Assembly: GCF_001194135.2 (NCBI RefSeq) | Contig: NC_068987.1 | Location: forward strand, 11,769,127 to 11,822,333 | From: Octopus bimaculoides | Taxonomy: Eukaryota | Direction: 5' to 3' | DNA: 53,207 nt | In this document: one piece after another, positions 23,700 through 35,266 of the stretch | Position numbering within the stretch: the stretch's first letter is position 1 | Layout: every line of letters starts with the position of its first letter | Notes under the pieces: generated by a model | The model's database searches: none | Told to the model about the DNA's origin: nothing | The model's input: the letters and a program-made list of their open reading frames with translations, nothing else | Position numbers and translations under genes: made by a program

Positions 23700-24325
23700 A
23701 CTGTGATGCAATTCACTCTGCCAGAAATTTGGAAACAACATGCTGTACTATTTGGCATTTGAGCCAGAAGCTCCAATATGAACATTTCAGAGTGTTTGGG
23801 TGTCAATTTGAGGACAGTGCAGAGGATCTGGAAAGAGTTGGATGAGGCTAATGGTGATTATGAATAACTGACAGCTTGGAAAAGAGAAGAACTCCTGAAT
23901 TTGTTGGTGAGATCCAGGCCATGATTCACAACAATCCCTCCAAGCCAATCGGGTCCATTGCCAGAGACAGAGGACTGTCTGAGTTTCTTATCATGCAAAT
24001 AGTGCATGAAGATGTTCGGTATTCCTTATACAAGATGAGAAAGGGCCAATTTTGATACCAAGCCATCATGGACAACAAGAAAGACCGTACTATGAAGCTT
24101 TTGAACAAACTCAAGTATCTTCCCCAACCAAGCATGTTTTGGTTTTTCTCAGACAAGAAAAATTTCTGTCAGGATCAAATGGTGAACACACAGGACAAAC
24201 ATTGGTTTACTGTGTCCCCAAAACATGTACCAAGAGTGATAAAAATCAAACATCCAGTCAACATCATGGTGTTTGGAGTGATCACTAGTGATGGCGATGT
24301 TATGCTTCCATTCATCTTCAACATA
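23700..24325 (+). mobile_element. Tc1/mariner maT (DD37D-like) transposase fragment, ending at a SINE
   Basis: FFSDKKNFCQDQMVNTQD...VPRVIKIKHPVNIMVFGVITSDG resembles the first-D region of maT/Bmmar1-type transposases. Confidence 0.7.
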
Positions 24326-24489
24326 GGTGCAGGAGTGGTTGTGTGGTAAGTAGCTTGCTTACCAACCACATGGTTCCAGGTTCAGTCCCACTGCGTGGCA
24401 CTTTGGGCAAGTGTCTTCTACTATAGCCTCGGGCCGACCAAAGCCTTGTGAGTGGATTGATAGACAGAAACTGAAAAAAGCCTGTCGTA

Positions 24490-24536
<47 letters not shown>

Positions 24537-24771
24537 NNNNNNNNNNTATATGTATGTGTGTTTGTGTGTCTGTGTTTGTCCCCCAACCATCGCTTGACAA
24601 CCGATGCTGGTGTGTTTACGTCCCCGTAACTTAGCGGTTCAGCAAAAAGAGACCGATAGAATAAATACTAGGCTTACAAAGAATAAGTCCTGGAGTCGAT
24701 TTGCTCGCCTAAAGGTGGTGCTCCAGCATGGCTGCAGTCAAATGACTGAAACAAGTAAAAGAGTAAAAGAG
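24326..24771 (+). mobile_element. SINE family A, full length
   Basis: Match to 1111-1506. Confidence 0.85.
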
Positions 24772-24817
24772 GAATGAACAATGTGCAGTTAGAAGAGACC
24801 AGATTATTTAGACTTAC

Positions 24818-24902
24818 CATTACAGGTGCCATGAATGAGAAGAATGTCATCTAATGCGATATTACCAACTGACGACTGCTTCACTTTCCCTTCAAATGTA
24901 AT
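24818..24902 (-). CDS. Exon 14: MAM4 C-part (ITFEGKVKQSSVGNIALDDILLIHGTCN)
   Basis: CTCCAG acceptor, GTAAGT donor, 85 nt, phase 0-1. Confidence 0.92.
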
Positions 24903-25470
24903 CTGGAGTTAAATAAGCAGTAAAAAAGTTTTACAGTGTAACGTGAGACAGTCTAAAATTTCAAACCATAAATATGTTAATCGTCATTGTCGTTGTCGTC
25001 ATCATCATCATCATTGTCATCATTGCCATCGTCGTCGTCGTCGTCGTCGTCATCATGATTGCCATCATTGTAGTTGTCGTCATCATTGTCATTATCATCA
25101 TCATCATCATCATCATTATCATCTTCATCCTCCCCCTTCTCACCACCATCACCACCATCATCATCCTCATCATCATTGTCATCACTGTCACCGTATCGTT
25201 ATCCTTGTCGTTGTCATCATCATCATTATCATCATCATCATCAGCAGCAGCAGCACTTCTGTCTGACCCATTAAACAATGATGATGATGATGATGATGAT
25301 TATAATGATGATTATGACAGTATTAAACAGTTGAATAATATTAAATAGTTGGAAGGATAGTATGTTAAATTAAGCAATAATGCAGTTAAGAATACGTGAT
25401 CCACCTGGTAAAAACCTTACTCAATATATTTAATATGCTAATCATGTAAGAAAAAATGAGGAACACTCAC

Positions 25471-25730
25471 CTTAAAGGGCCGTGTTTGTAATATCAATAA
25501 TTTCCCCTGTTTCCATTGATTTCCCTGGGTGCCTATTCTCACCCAGTGTGGGGCTTTCTCTTTCAAGTTGCTTTTTGTAATATACACCTTTAATGAGTCA
25601 ATATTTGGACCATACATATAATACCAAAATGATAAGCACATTGGGTGCCCTGCGACAGGTGTAATCATTGGACTGTGAAGATGAGCTGTTTGACCAACAT
25701 TGGATGGTAAGTTCATATAGAAACCATTGG
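25471..25730 (-). CDS. Exon 13: MAM4 middle (NGFYMNLPS...MCLSFWYYMYG...GTQGNQW...RPFK)
   Basis: GTACAG acceptor, GTGAGT donor, 260 nt, phase 1-0. Confidence 0.93.
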
Positions 25731-25800
25731 CTGTACAAAGACAACAAATTAAGGATTAGGAATTGATCTGGGAATTCAGAATGGAAATATAGGATATAAC

Positions 25801-26344
25801 AATATTCTTTTCTACTCTAGGCACAAGGCCTGAAATTTTGGGGGAGGGGGCTAGTTGATTAGATCGACCTCAATATGCAACTGGTACTTAATTTATCGAC
25901 TCCGAAAGGATGGAAGGCAAAGTTGACCTTGGTGGAATTTGAACTCAGGACATAAAGCCAGATGAAATACTGCTAAGCATTTTGCACATCATTATGATAT
26001 TCTTTTTTACTCTAGGCACAAGGCCCCCAATTTTTTTTTTTTTTNNNNNNNNNNNNNNNNNNNNNNNNNNNNNNNNNNNNNNNNNNNNNNNNNNNNNNNN
26101 NNNNNNNNNNNNNNNNNNNNTAACAATATTCTTTTCTACTCTAGGCACAAGGCCTGAAATTTTGGGGGAGGGGGCTAGTTGATTAGATCGACCTCAATAT
26201 GCAACTGGTACTTAATTTATCACCCCCGAAAGGATGAAAGGCAAAGTCGACCTCAGCAGAATTTGAACTCAGAACGTAAAGACAGACAAAATACTGCTTA
26301 GCATTTCGCCCGGCGTGCTAACGATTCTGCCAGCTCGCCACCTT
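25801..26344 (-). mobile_element. SINE family B copies flanking an N gap
   Basis: GGTGGCGAGCTGGCAGAATCGTTAGC head, TTTCATCCTTTCGGGG core, AGAGTAGAAAAGAATATT tail on the minus strand. Other copies at about 3925-4285, 7175-7380, 14385-14585, 18255-18475, 21235-21445, 31375-31590, 38576-38925, 42822-43167. Confidence 0.8.
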
Positions 26345-26427
26345 ATAAGATATTACAATATTACTTCAAAAGCAATCCATTGGCTGCACAAAGACGACAA
26401 ATTAAAGATTAAGAACTGATCTGGAAA

Positions 26428-26462
<35 letters not shown>

Positions 26463-27235
26463 TTAATGTACATTATCCATGCTGGCATGGATTGGATGGT
26501 TTCACCAGGGTTGGTAAGCTGAGGGACTGCATCAGACTCCAGTTTGATTTGGCATTGTTTCTACGGCAGTTTGATTTGGCATGGTTGCCCTTCCTAATGC
26601 CAGCCACTCCGAAAGTGCAATGAGTGCTTTTACATGCCAATTATGTGACACCAGTATTTGCCATGACTACAATTCCACTTGGTTCAATGGATCTTCTTCA
26701 GCATTTTGCCAAAGGTCTCAGTCATTTGTCATTGCTTCCATGAGGTCCGATGCTCAAAAGGTGCTTTTTACATACCAGTTATGCTTCCACGAGGCCCAGT
26801 GCCTGAAAAGTGCCTTTAACATGCCACTGCCATGGGTGCCAGTTACATAACACTGGCATTGGCCAAGACACCAGTGCAAAGGTGGGATATAACAATATTA
26901 CAGTAAACGGAATCAATTGGCTCTGCCAGTCCATTACAGGGTCACTCATTTACAGCTGACCAGGCTGGAGCAACATGAAATAAAGTATTTTGCTCAAGAA
27001 CACAATGCACTGCCCAGTCCAGGAACTGAACCAGCAATCTAACAATCATGAGTGCAACACCCTAACAACTACGAGTTGCATACTGAAATGGTTATGGGCA
27101 CTGCTTTCCCTCTAAAAGGATAAAAAAGGATATCGTTTGCTTGAAGGTTATGTAACTTCTTTATCCATTGTGTCATTCATGTGTTGCCTTCAATTCAAAA
27201 GTTAATTCCATCGATATTAATTTAACATTACTTAC

Positions 27236-27367
27236 CACTTGTGTGATCAGCAATTGGTCCTTGACCACCAACATTCTTGCTTTGAGTCAGAATCCAGTCA
27301 GAATTATCATCATGTCCTTGAATCCATTTACAAGTATTGTTGAGAAAATTACACTTCATAACAACCT
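27236..27367 (-). CDS. Exon 12: MAM4 N-part (VVMKCNFLNNTCKW...GPIADHTS)
   Basis: TCACAG acceptor, GTAAGT donor, 132 nt, phase 1-1. Confidence 0.92.
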
Positions 27368-27817
27368 CTGTGATAAAGAAAAGTTTAAGATGTTGTTAAA
27401 ACTAAGATATTAAAAAAATTATCAAGTAATTAGCTAAAATTCAGTAACACATTAGCATTTGCTTGTAAATAAGGCATGGAAACCTGGATAATTCCTTATC
27501 CAAATTTTTCCAATGAATGTAGTTTTAACATGGTTTTAACGAGGAAAAGCAAGGTTTGAGTGTAACTTATTTTGAAAGATTTCTATTTACAATTTGATTC
27601 AGAATTTTTTTTTATCAAGGAACTCCTGCTTACAGAAACATTATAAAATACCCAGTGAATGCTTGACACGATCTGATGACATCAGCTGCACCTGGTCAAG
27701 ATCAGCTTCACTAGATGAGAATTGAAGGGAGGCACCTTTGCTAATATATATTTATATATTTGTAAACAAACACTGAAGTCAGTCAGAATATATATACATA
27801 CATATATATATATATAC

Positions 27818-28248
27818 TTTTATTCTTTTACTTGTTTCAGTCATTTGACTGTGGCCACACTGAAGCACCGCCTTTAGTCAAACAAATTGACCCCAAGACT
27901 TATTCTTTGTAAGCCTAGTACTTATTCTATTGGTCTCTTTTGCCGAACTATTAAGTTATGGGGATGTAAACACACCAACATCGGTTGTCAGTCGATGGTG
28001 GGAAGACAATCAGAGACACNNNNNNNNNNNNNNNNNNNNNNNNNNNNNNNNNNNNNNNNNNNNNNNNNNNNNNNNNNNNNNNNNNNNNNNNNNNNNNNNN
28101 NNNNNNNNNNNNNNNNNNNNNNNNNNNNNNNNNNATATATATATATATACGATGGGTTTCTTTCAGTTTCCATCTGCCAAATCCACTCATAAGGCTTTGG
28201 TCGGCCTGAGGCTATAGTAGAAGATACTTGTCTAAGGTGTCACGCAGC
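27818..28248 (-). mobile_element. SINE family A, head-truncated, with gap
   Basis: Reverse-complement match. Confidence 0.8.
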
Positions 28249-28349
28249 TAAGGTTGCTCTATTCCGGCCCCTGGTGTGATGATGTTGGGATGTGGGGGAG
28301 GCATGTATGTAGGGGTTTCACAGAATAAACTATTGTATCTTATACTTAC

Positions 28350-28439
28350 TTCCTGGTTCAATTGTTGCATGACTTGGTGTTATGCTTCTCCTTGTAGTCT
28401 TGACAACAGGTTTCTGTAAATTTGCTTTTGGAGGAGTTG
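28350..28439 (-). CDS. Exon 11: Thr/Pro/Lys-rich linker (TPPKANLQKPVVKTTRRSITPSHATIEPG)
   Basis: TTACAG acceptor, GTAAGT donor, 90 nt, phase 1-1. Confidence 0.8.
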
Positions 28440-28604
28440 CTGTAAATAAAAATAGTAAATGCATCGATGAGTCACTGATATTCTCTAAAGCACTCTCTAA
28501 CCACTGGCCCACAAATGTACTGCATCCTCTCGTAGCCATTTTTATTATGACAGCTATACTTTAAAGACAAGGCTAGTGTGAGCTAGCCTTGTCTTTGGCC
28601 AATA

Positions 28605-29010
28605 AGCATTTATGGTCACGAAGCATGGACTCTGAGCAGATTTGAAGAGAATCTAATCAATGCTCTTGAAATGTGAGTGTATAGGAGAATATGAGTCTCT
28701 TACAAGGATAATTGAACAATTCAATGGATGATACTATAAGAAAGCGAAAGATGCTAACTTCTAAACATTGTGAAAAAATCAGAAGCTTATCTATTATGGC
28801 CATATTCGATGAAGTAGAGGTTTGGAAAACATTATCATGGACGATAGAGTAAAGGGAAGGTGATCAAGAAGCAGGAAAAGAACACAGCAGATAAACAATT
28901 TCAAGAGCTGGTTGGACAAAAGTAGCAAGGCAGCTGGAAAACTCATGCTTAATTGGGAATGGTTTTGTTGATGAGTTATCAATGCACTGCAGGTGTACAA
29001 TACTAAATGA
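28605..29010 (+). mobile_element. Degenerate RTE-clade LINE 3' fragment
   Basis: Broken frames give GHEAWT...INALEM...YRRI, GHIR...LENIIM...KGR...SWL motifs. Confidence 0.6.
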
Positions 29011-29581
29011 CAACAGTGGACTTTGGTTCCTGAAGCTGAGCTGAACTGGCCAGCTAGATTGTTGGCTGGTTGGTTGACTGGCTAGTTGGTTAGCAGGTTA
29101 CATGCCCCGCTATTCAGACACTCCCGACACACTCATCTCTACTCATTTCATCACTGCTATTGTGCTCATCTCCATCTCAGGGAACATTCAATTCCTGCAT
29201 TTACCATTAAATCTAGTCCTTCCTCCCCAGAACAACAACCTCCTGGAATTTCCACTCTGTCCACATTTTCCCATGTTTTACGTTTTCATTTTCTAAGGAA
29301 TATTTGGGACATATATTTATTACAAGTACATTCGCCATTCATTCATTGTTTGACATTCACTTTTCTCTGCTTGTGTGAGTCAGACGGAATTTGATGAGGC
29401 CGGATGCCCTTCCTGTCACCAACTCTCACTTGTTTTCACACAACGCTATATTTCTCTGCGACCAGACATAATTTTCATGGAAGCCTGGAAGTGAACAAAC
29501 TCACTTGTATGACAAACTAGGTGAAAAAAAAAAAAATAAATAAATGAAACCCCAAAATATGAAACAAAAGATAAAACTTAC

Positions 29582-29666
29582 TTTTACATTGTATGCTAGT
29601 CATAGCAAAATCATCAATTGCAATTCCACCTGTGTTATTCAGACCAATAATTCCTTCAACAACCAA
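29582..29666 (-). CDS. Exon 10: MAM3 C-part (LVVEGIIGLNNTGGIAIDDFAMTSIQCK)
   Basis: TTACAG acceptor, GTAAGT donor, 85 nt, phase 0-1. Confidence 0.92.
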
Positions 29667-29802
29667 CTGTAAAAAAAAAAAAAAAATCTAGATACCAAAA
29701 GTCTTTCATTTGTCTTTGTTTTTTTTAGAAATAGCTTTTGTTATTTTATCCTTTTCTTGTTTCGATCCATTGGACAGAAGCTATGATGGGGCACCACCTC
29801 AA

Positions 29803-29833
29803 AGGGTTAGGGTTAGGGTTAGGGTTAGGGTTA
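29803..29833 (+). repeat. Interstitial telomeric-type repeat (AGGGTT)5
   Basis: Five perfect hexamers inside a SINE family A copy. Confidence 0.85.
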
Positions 29834-29989
29834 TGATTTTTTTTTCTTTTTCAAGTTTGGTACTTATTCTATTGGTTTCTTTTGCCTAACCCCTAAGTTG
29901 CAGAGACATAAACAAACCAACACCAGTTATCAAGCAGTAGTTAGTTGGCAAACACAGACACAAACACACACACACACACTTAGATAGGT

Positions 29990-30150
<161 letters not shown>

Positions 30151-30589
30151 GTCAAATCATAAAATTGTGGTTTCAATCCCTTGACCAGGTGATGCATTGC
30201 ATTCTTGAGTAAGACACTTCATTTCACATTGCTGCACCCCACTCAGCAGTAAATGGATAACCATTCGATGAATTTATATCCCGTTTAGTGGGTTTGTTGT
30301 GATCTGGGTCACTTGTCTGCCATGGAAATTGGATAACCAGCATTATGAATCAAAACAGTAATGTCTCAAAATAGTAATGTCTTAGGGTTGATGGTGATGA
30401 TCTTGATGATAAATTTCAGAGTTACCACCCTTGCTTTTAATAAAAATTATCATTAACACACTAATGTTCTTTTTACCAGCTTTTTATCGCAGGTAACAAA
30501 TTAATTGATTAACCATCAAGGAAATGGATGAAGTCACTACATTAAATATGTTAGTGTCCCACTGTATTAATGTATATATACACACATAT

Positions 30590-30900
30590 AAAATTGGTAT
30601 GCCGTCAACTAGGGCAATGAGGGTTTCCAGTTGATCTGATCAATGAAATGGCTTGCTCTTGAAATTAACATGCAAGCAGCTGAGTGCACCACAGAGACAT
30701 GTACCCTCAATATAGTTCTCAGAGAGATTCAGCATGACACAATGTGACAAGGCTGACCCTTTGAATTAAAGGTATTACTCCTTATTGCCAGCTGAGTGAA
30801 CTGGAACAACATGAAATCAAGTATCTTGCTCAAAGACACAACATGCCACCTGGAATTGAACTCATGGTCTTATGGTCATGAAACACATATGCGAACCCTT
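30590..30900 (-). mobile_element. Further tRNA-type SINE family (related fragment at about 26935-27075)
   Basis: Shared CAGCTGA..GACTGGAGCAACATGAAAT.AAGTAT.TTGCTCAA.ACACAA..C...GGAATTGAAC segment. Confidence 0.6.
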
Positions 30901-31035
30901 GCAATATACGCACATATATACTGTATAAAGACATATAACCACATATATACATGTGCATGTGTGTGAATATGGACAGACAGACAAATATGCCAAAGTATTT
31001 GTCAATAGGCAATGTGAAATAAAAGATTTATTTAC

Positions 31036-31295
31036 ATAAAAATTCTTTGGTTGAGGTCGAATTTCAATGGTGGCATAATTCCATATGGACCCTTGGTTTC
31101 CAACAAGGGACCAAAGAAGCTCTGTTTTATGATCTTCATTTTCTTTGTATACTGTCAGTTGACCAACGTTTCCTTTCATATGGTAAAAGAACTGTAAACA
31201 TTTTGTCTTCACTCTCATTGAGAAGGATTCACTGGTTAACAGAGCTCGTGTGTCTTCTGCTTTGGACTTGCTGGCATCGAGAAACAGGTATGTCC
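31036..31295 (-). CDS. Exon 9: MAM3 middle (GTYLFLDAS...KCLQFFYHMKG...LWSLVGNQGSIW...KNFY)
   Basis: TTTTAG acceptor, GTAAAT donor, 260 nt, phase 1-0. Confidence 0.93.
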
Positions 31296-31308
31296 CTAAA
31301 AAAAGTAA

Positions 31309-31339
<31 letters not shown>

Positions 31340-31977
31340 GCAGCAGTAGCAGCCGTAGTAGTAGTAGTAAAAATAATGGTTTCAAATTTTGGTACAAGGC
31401 CAGCAATTTTAGAAGAAGGGGTAAGTTGATTACATTGACCCCAATAGTCAACTGGTACATATTTCATTGACTGAGAGGATGAAAGTTGAATGGACCTTGG
31501 CGGAATTTGAACTCAGAATGTAAAGATTGATGGAATGCCACTAAGTATTTTGCCTAGTGTTCTAACAGTTCTGCCAGCTCACTACCTCAGTAGTAGTAGT
31601 CTTTTGATATCAGCTTGCCTGAAACCACCCTTGGTTCTTTGATACAAATGTTCTGTTCCAGAGTGATCCAAATTTAAACCTTTCATCAAAATTTCATCTT
31701 AATTTATGTTCCAAAATCCAGCTTAATAAAGAATAAGCTTTTCTACTAAATTCTTCAGTATTTTCAAAATATTGAAACAAAGGCAGTAATGCACTTCATC
31801 AGAAATATTGTCACAAAAGGCTTTATGGAGCAGTAAAAGAACAAATGGATGTAAAAGAACAGAAAATGTGTTATTTATTGCTGAATGGTTTTAAAACTAT
31901 TGTGAAAATATTCGTAGAGGTGGCCTTTTAGTTACAAGAAGGTAGAGAATACAGAATGGAAAGAACAATTATATTAC

Positions 31978-32112
31978 CTTTTATTGTCCCAACTGTATGA
32001 TCTGAACTTGGCCCAATTCTGCGGGTCTTAGAACCTTTTGTTTCAACCCAGTCAAGAGTATCCCGCTTGGAGTTGGTCCAAGAGCACATAGCTCCTTCGA
32101 AATTGCATATGT
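31978..32112 (-). CDS. Exon 8: MAM3 N-part (DICNFEGAMCSW...GPSSDHTVGTIK)
   Basis: AAAG acceptor, GTAATA donor, 135 nt, phase 1-1. Confidence 0.9.
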
Positions 32113-32791
32113 CTTTTAATGTGTTTAAAAGAAAGAAAATCAAAATCATTATTATGATTGGTTCCAATTTTAATTTGAGAAATATGTTTTATATGTTTTA
32201 AAAACGACATGCACAAAACCAAATACTAGCTTTTATTGTTTAAAGTAATGCCAATGTAGTTCAATGTATTGATCAATTAAATTAAAAATTTAATTACATC
32301 TCATCATTATCATCATCGTTTAATGTCCGCTTTCCATGCTGGCATGGGTTGGATGATTTGACTGAGGACTGGCAAGCCAGAAGGCTGCACCAGGCTCCAA
32401 TCTGATCTGGCAGAGTTTCTACAGCTGGATGCCCTTCCTAATGCCAACCACTCCGAGAGTGTAGTGGGTGCTTTTACGTGCCACTGGCACGAGGACCAGT
32501 CACACGGTACTGGCAACAGCCATGCTCAAAAAGGTGTTTTTTACGTGCCACCTGCATGGGAGCCAGTCCAGCGGCACTAGCAATGACCTCGCTCAATATG
32601 TGTTTAAAATAAATATTGCAACTGGTAAAAATAATTTATTCCTAAGAATTATCATAACCCCTTTCTTACCACTTAGGATGTGCTATTGCCCAGGTTCTGG
32701 CTATGAAGAGAAGGGCTTGTCTTTAAAACACTGTCGTAGTTATGCTACGGATTTATTAATAAAGGTTATTTTAAAACAAGAGGGTCCAAAC

Positions 32792-32882
32792 CTGGTCGTG
32801 TACAGTTTCCTTGCTCAAGGCGTACATCATCTATAGCAATATAACCAACATTTCCAAGACTGTTCCAAGCATTGAAGGTAAT
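32792..32882 (-). CDS. Exon 7: MAM2 C-part (ITFNAWNSLGNVGYIAIDDVRLEQGNCTRP)
   Basis: TTTCAG acceptor. The weak GTTTGG donor is required for the phase-1 join to exon 8. 91 nt. Confidence 0.85.
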
Positions 32883-33206
32883 CTGAAAATGTATATAAAA
32901 TGGATATAAAAATTATTGATTTAGTCTTAATTACTAAACAAAATTATTACTTTAGTCTTAATTACTAAACAAAAAATAATAAACTAACACACAGTGGAGG
33001 AAAAGTGGGTAAAAATATCAACACAGATTCAGAAATAAAAATAAAAATTGTATGAAAGAAAGAGATAAGCTTCACTTCTTAGCTCCTTCCAGAGCCGTAT
33101 AGACTCAGAGTGTCAGTTTCCTGGTTTACATGGTGTTTATATATTCCCCATCTGGACAGGACATTGGTCTGTTGCAGGATTACTCATTATTTGAATAAGC
33201 TTAAAG

Positions 33207-33391
33207 CTTATAAGCAATCACCATGTATTGACTAAAGAAAACAGTCTGATACTGGGGCATATAAACCCTCAACAGAAAAAGTGGGTTATCCGTATATATA
33301 GTATAGAAAACTCACTTTTTTCCACTGAGGGCTTGTATGCCCCCAACATTAGATTATTTTCATTAGTCAATACATGGTGACCACTTATAAG
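33207..33391. mobile_element. Palindromic MITE; a right-arm-only copy lies at about 50975-51080
   Basis: CTTATAAGCAATCACCATGTATTGACTAA... mirrored by ...TTAGTCAATACATGGTGACCACTTATAAG. Confidence 0.8.
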
Positions 33392-33567
33392 TTATAAGCA
33401 TATGAAAATATTATTATTAGAAGTGGCTGTGTGGTAAGTAGCTTGCTTACCAACCACATGGTTCCGGGTTCAGTCCCACTGTGTGGCACCTTGGGCAAGT
33501 GTTTTTTACTATATCCTTGGGCCGACCAAAGCCTTGTGAGTGGATTTGGTAGACGGAAACTGAAAGA

Positions 33568-34529
33568 ATCCCGCCAAAGAAGACCTCAAAGATACACCTC
33601 GTTCTGGCTGTCCAGTTGAGTTCGATGAAGAGCGATTAAACCAACTGTTGCATGAAAATTCTCATCAAACGACAAGGGAACTGGCAGAGAAAATGGAATG
33701 TTCCCACACTGCTATAGAGAAGCATCTTCACTCGATGGGAAAGGTTCAGAAGTAAGGAGCATGGGTTCCGCATGCTTTAAGTAATAACGACAAAAATCAA
33801 CAAGCCACAATCTCCGCCGGTTTGCTTGCTTGTCATCAATTCAACTCATGGACACAAGCAACGATTTCTTTACCAAATCGTTACTGGCAATGAAAAATGG
33901 TGCTTGTATATCAATATGAAGCAGCGTAAGGAATGGCTTAGCCCCAGTAAACAAGCAACACAGAGCTTGAAACAAGATTTTCATTCACATAAAACGATGT
34001 GCGTATGGTGGGACTGGAAAGGGATTATCCATTACGAATTGCTTGAACGGAACCAAACGGTTAACTCGGAACTCTATGTTCAACAGATGGAATGAATCAA
34101 CATGGCCATTCAAGAGAAAAGACCTAATCGGTAGCATGGAGTTCTGCTGCATGACAACACCCACCCTCATATCGCCAACATGACCGAGAAAGCCATTCAA
34201 ACGCATGGCTGGGTAGTGCTGCCACACCCGCCGTACTCTCCTGATTTGGCACCAACGGATTTTCACCTCTTTCGATCTCTTTCAAATGCTATGCTTGGAG
34301 TTTCGTCCAATACAGATGCAGAATTGAGAGCTTAGTTGGATCAATTTTTCGAGTTGAAATCGGGTGATTTCTACCAACAAGATATTGAAAATCTTGTTGA
34401 ACATTGGGAAGAAGTTGTAAACAACAAGGGTGAATACATTATTGATTAATTAGTTGTTATTTTTTTTATTAAACCTTTTAAAAAATTAAAATTAAAACAA
34501 ACGGCGAGAACTTAATTGCCAACCCAATA
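33568..34529 (+). mobile_element. mariner (DD34D) transposase pseudogene, 5'-truncated, right TIR present
   Basis: WVPHAL, IVTGNEKW, LLHDN, HPPYSPDLAPTDFHLF motifs with stops; ends ...AACTTAATTGCCAACCCAA|TA. Confidence 0.92.
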
Positions 34530-34539
34530 AATCCAATTT

Positions 34540-34975
34540 TGTCCCTGATAACGGGGGTGGCTGGATCTACCTCAATGCCATAGCAACTGCCCTCACACCA
34601 TCTCACCATCTTGCTCTATTATGGACATCCTCCATTCTCAAGCCAACCCTCCCAATCTCCTCCTCCATCTGTCCCCTCCACGTTTTCCTCAGTCTACCTT
34701 GCTTTCTTGGTCCATTTACCTTGAAATCAAGCACCCTCCTCAGAACATGCCCCTCATCCCACCTCAACACATGCCCATACCACCACATCCCATTCGCCCT
34801 TGCCTGCCATTCCACCGATTCCTCCAACCCCAGCATCCCCATCAAGAACTCAATCCTCCTCTTATCTAACAGCTTCACTCCACACATCTCTCTCACCCTC
34901 GGTCCTTCTCAAAATTACCATCTCTCTCACCCTCGGACACCATGTTTCACTCCCACACAGCATTGCAGCTCTCAC
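34540..34975 (-). mobile_element. RTE-clade LINE ORF2 C-terminal fragment
   Basis: MCGVKLLDKRR...WWYGHVLR...GPRKQGRLRKTW...VHNRARW is a typical post-RT RTE tail. Confidence 0.8.
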
Positions 34976-35027
34976 ATAACACCTACAGACCCTATCACAA
35001 TAAGACATAGTTCGACTGATTACTTAC

Positions 35028-35266
35028 ATTAAAATCTTCTCCAGGCAATACAGAAACATAGGCCACTTTCCAACCAAATCCTTGGTTACCGGCAGCATAC
35101 CAAACGGTTTGATTCCTTATAATAACTTCGAGTTTATTGATATTTTCTCCATACATGTTATACCAAAACTGAACGCAAATTTGATCTTTGCCCGGGAATT
35201 CAGGAGACACTAAGTAAGCCGCTCTTTTCTGATATCTCCAATGTGGTGATGCATATAAGTAATTGC
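35028..35266 (-). CDS. Exon 6: MAM2 middle (GNYLYASPHW...ICVQFWYNMYG...GNQGFGW...EDFN)
   Basis: TTTCAG acceptor, GTAAGT donor, 239 nt, phase 1-0. Confidence 0.93.

Noticed and set aside
31730-31770. Minus-strand TTGAAAA / TACTG..TAGTA / GAAA / AAGCTT A motif
   Set aside because: No stem I pairing, and it lies in the AT-rich body of a MITE. It shows that partial matches can arise by chance.
32666-32701. Possible micro-exon (TCATAG|...|GTAAGA) between exons 7 and 8
   Set aside because: 31 nt would break the frame, and the direct exon 7-8 join gives the same five-residue spacing as the other B-C junctions.
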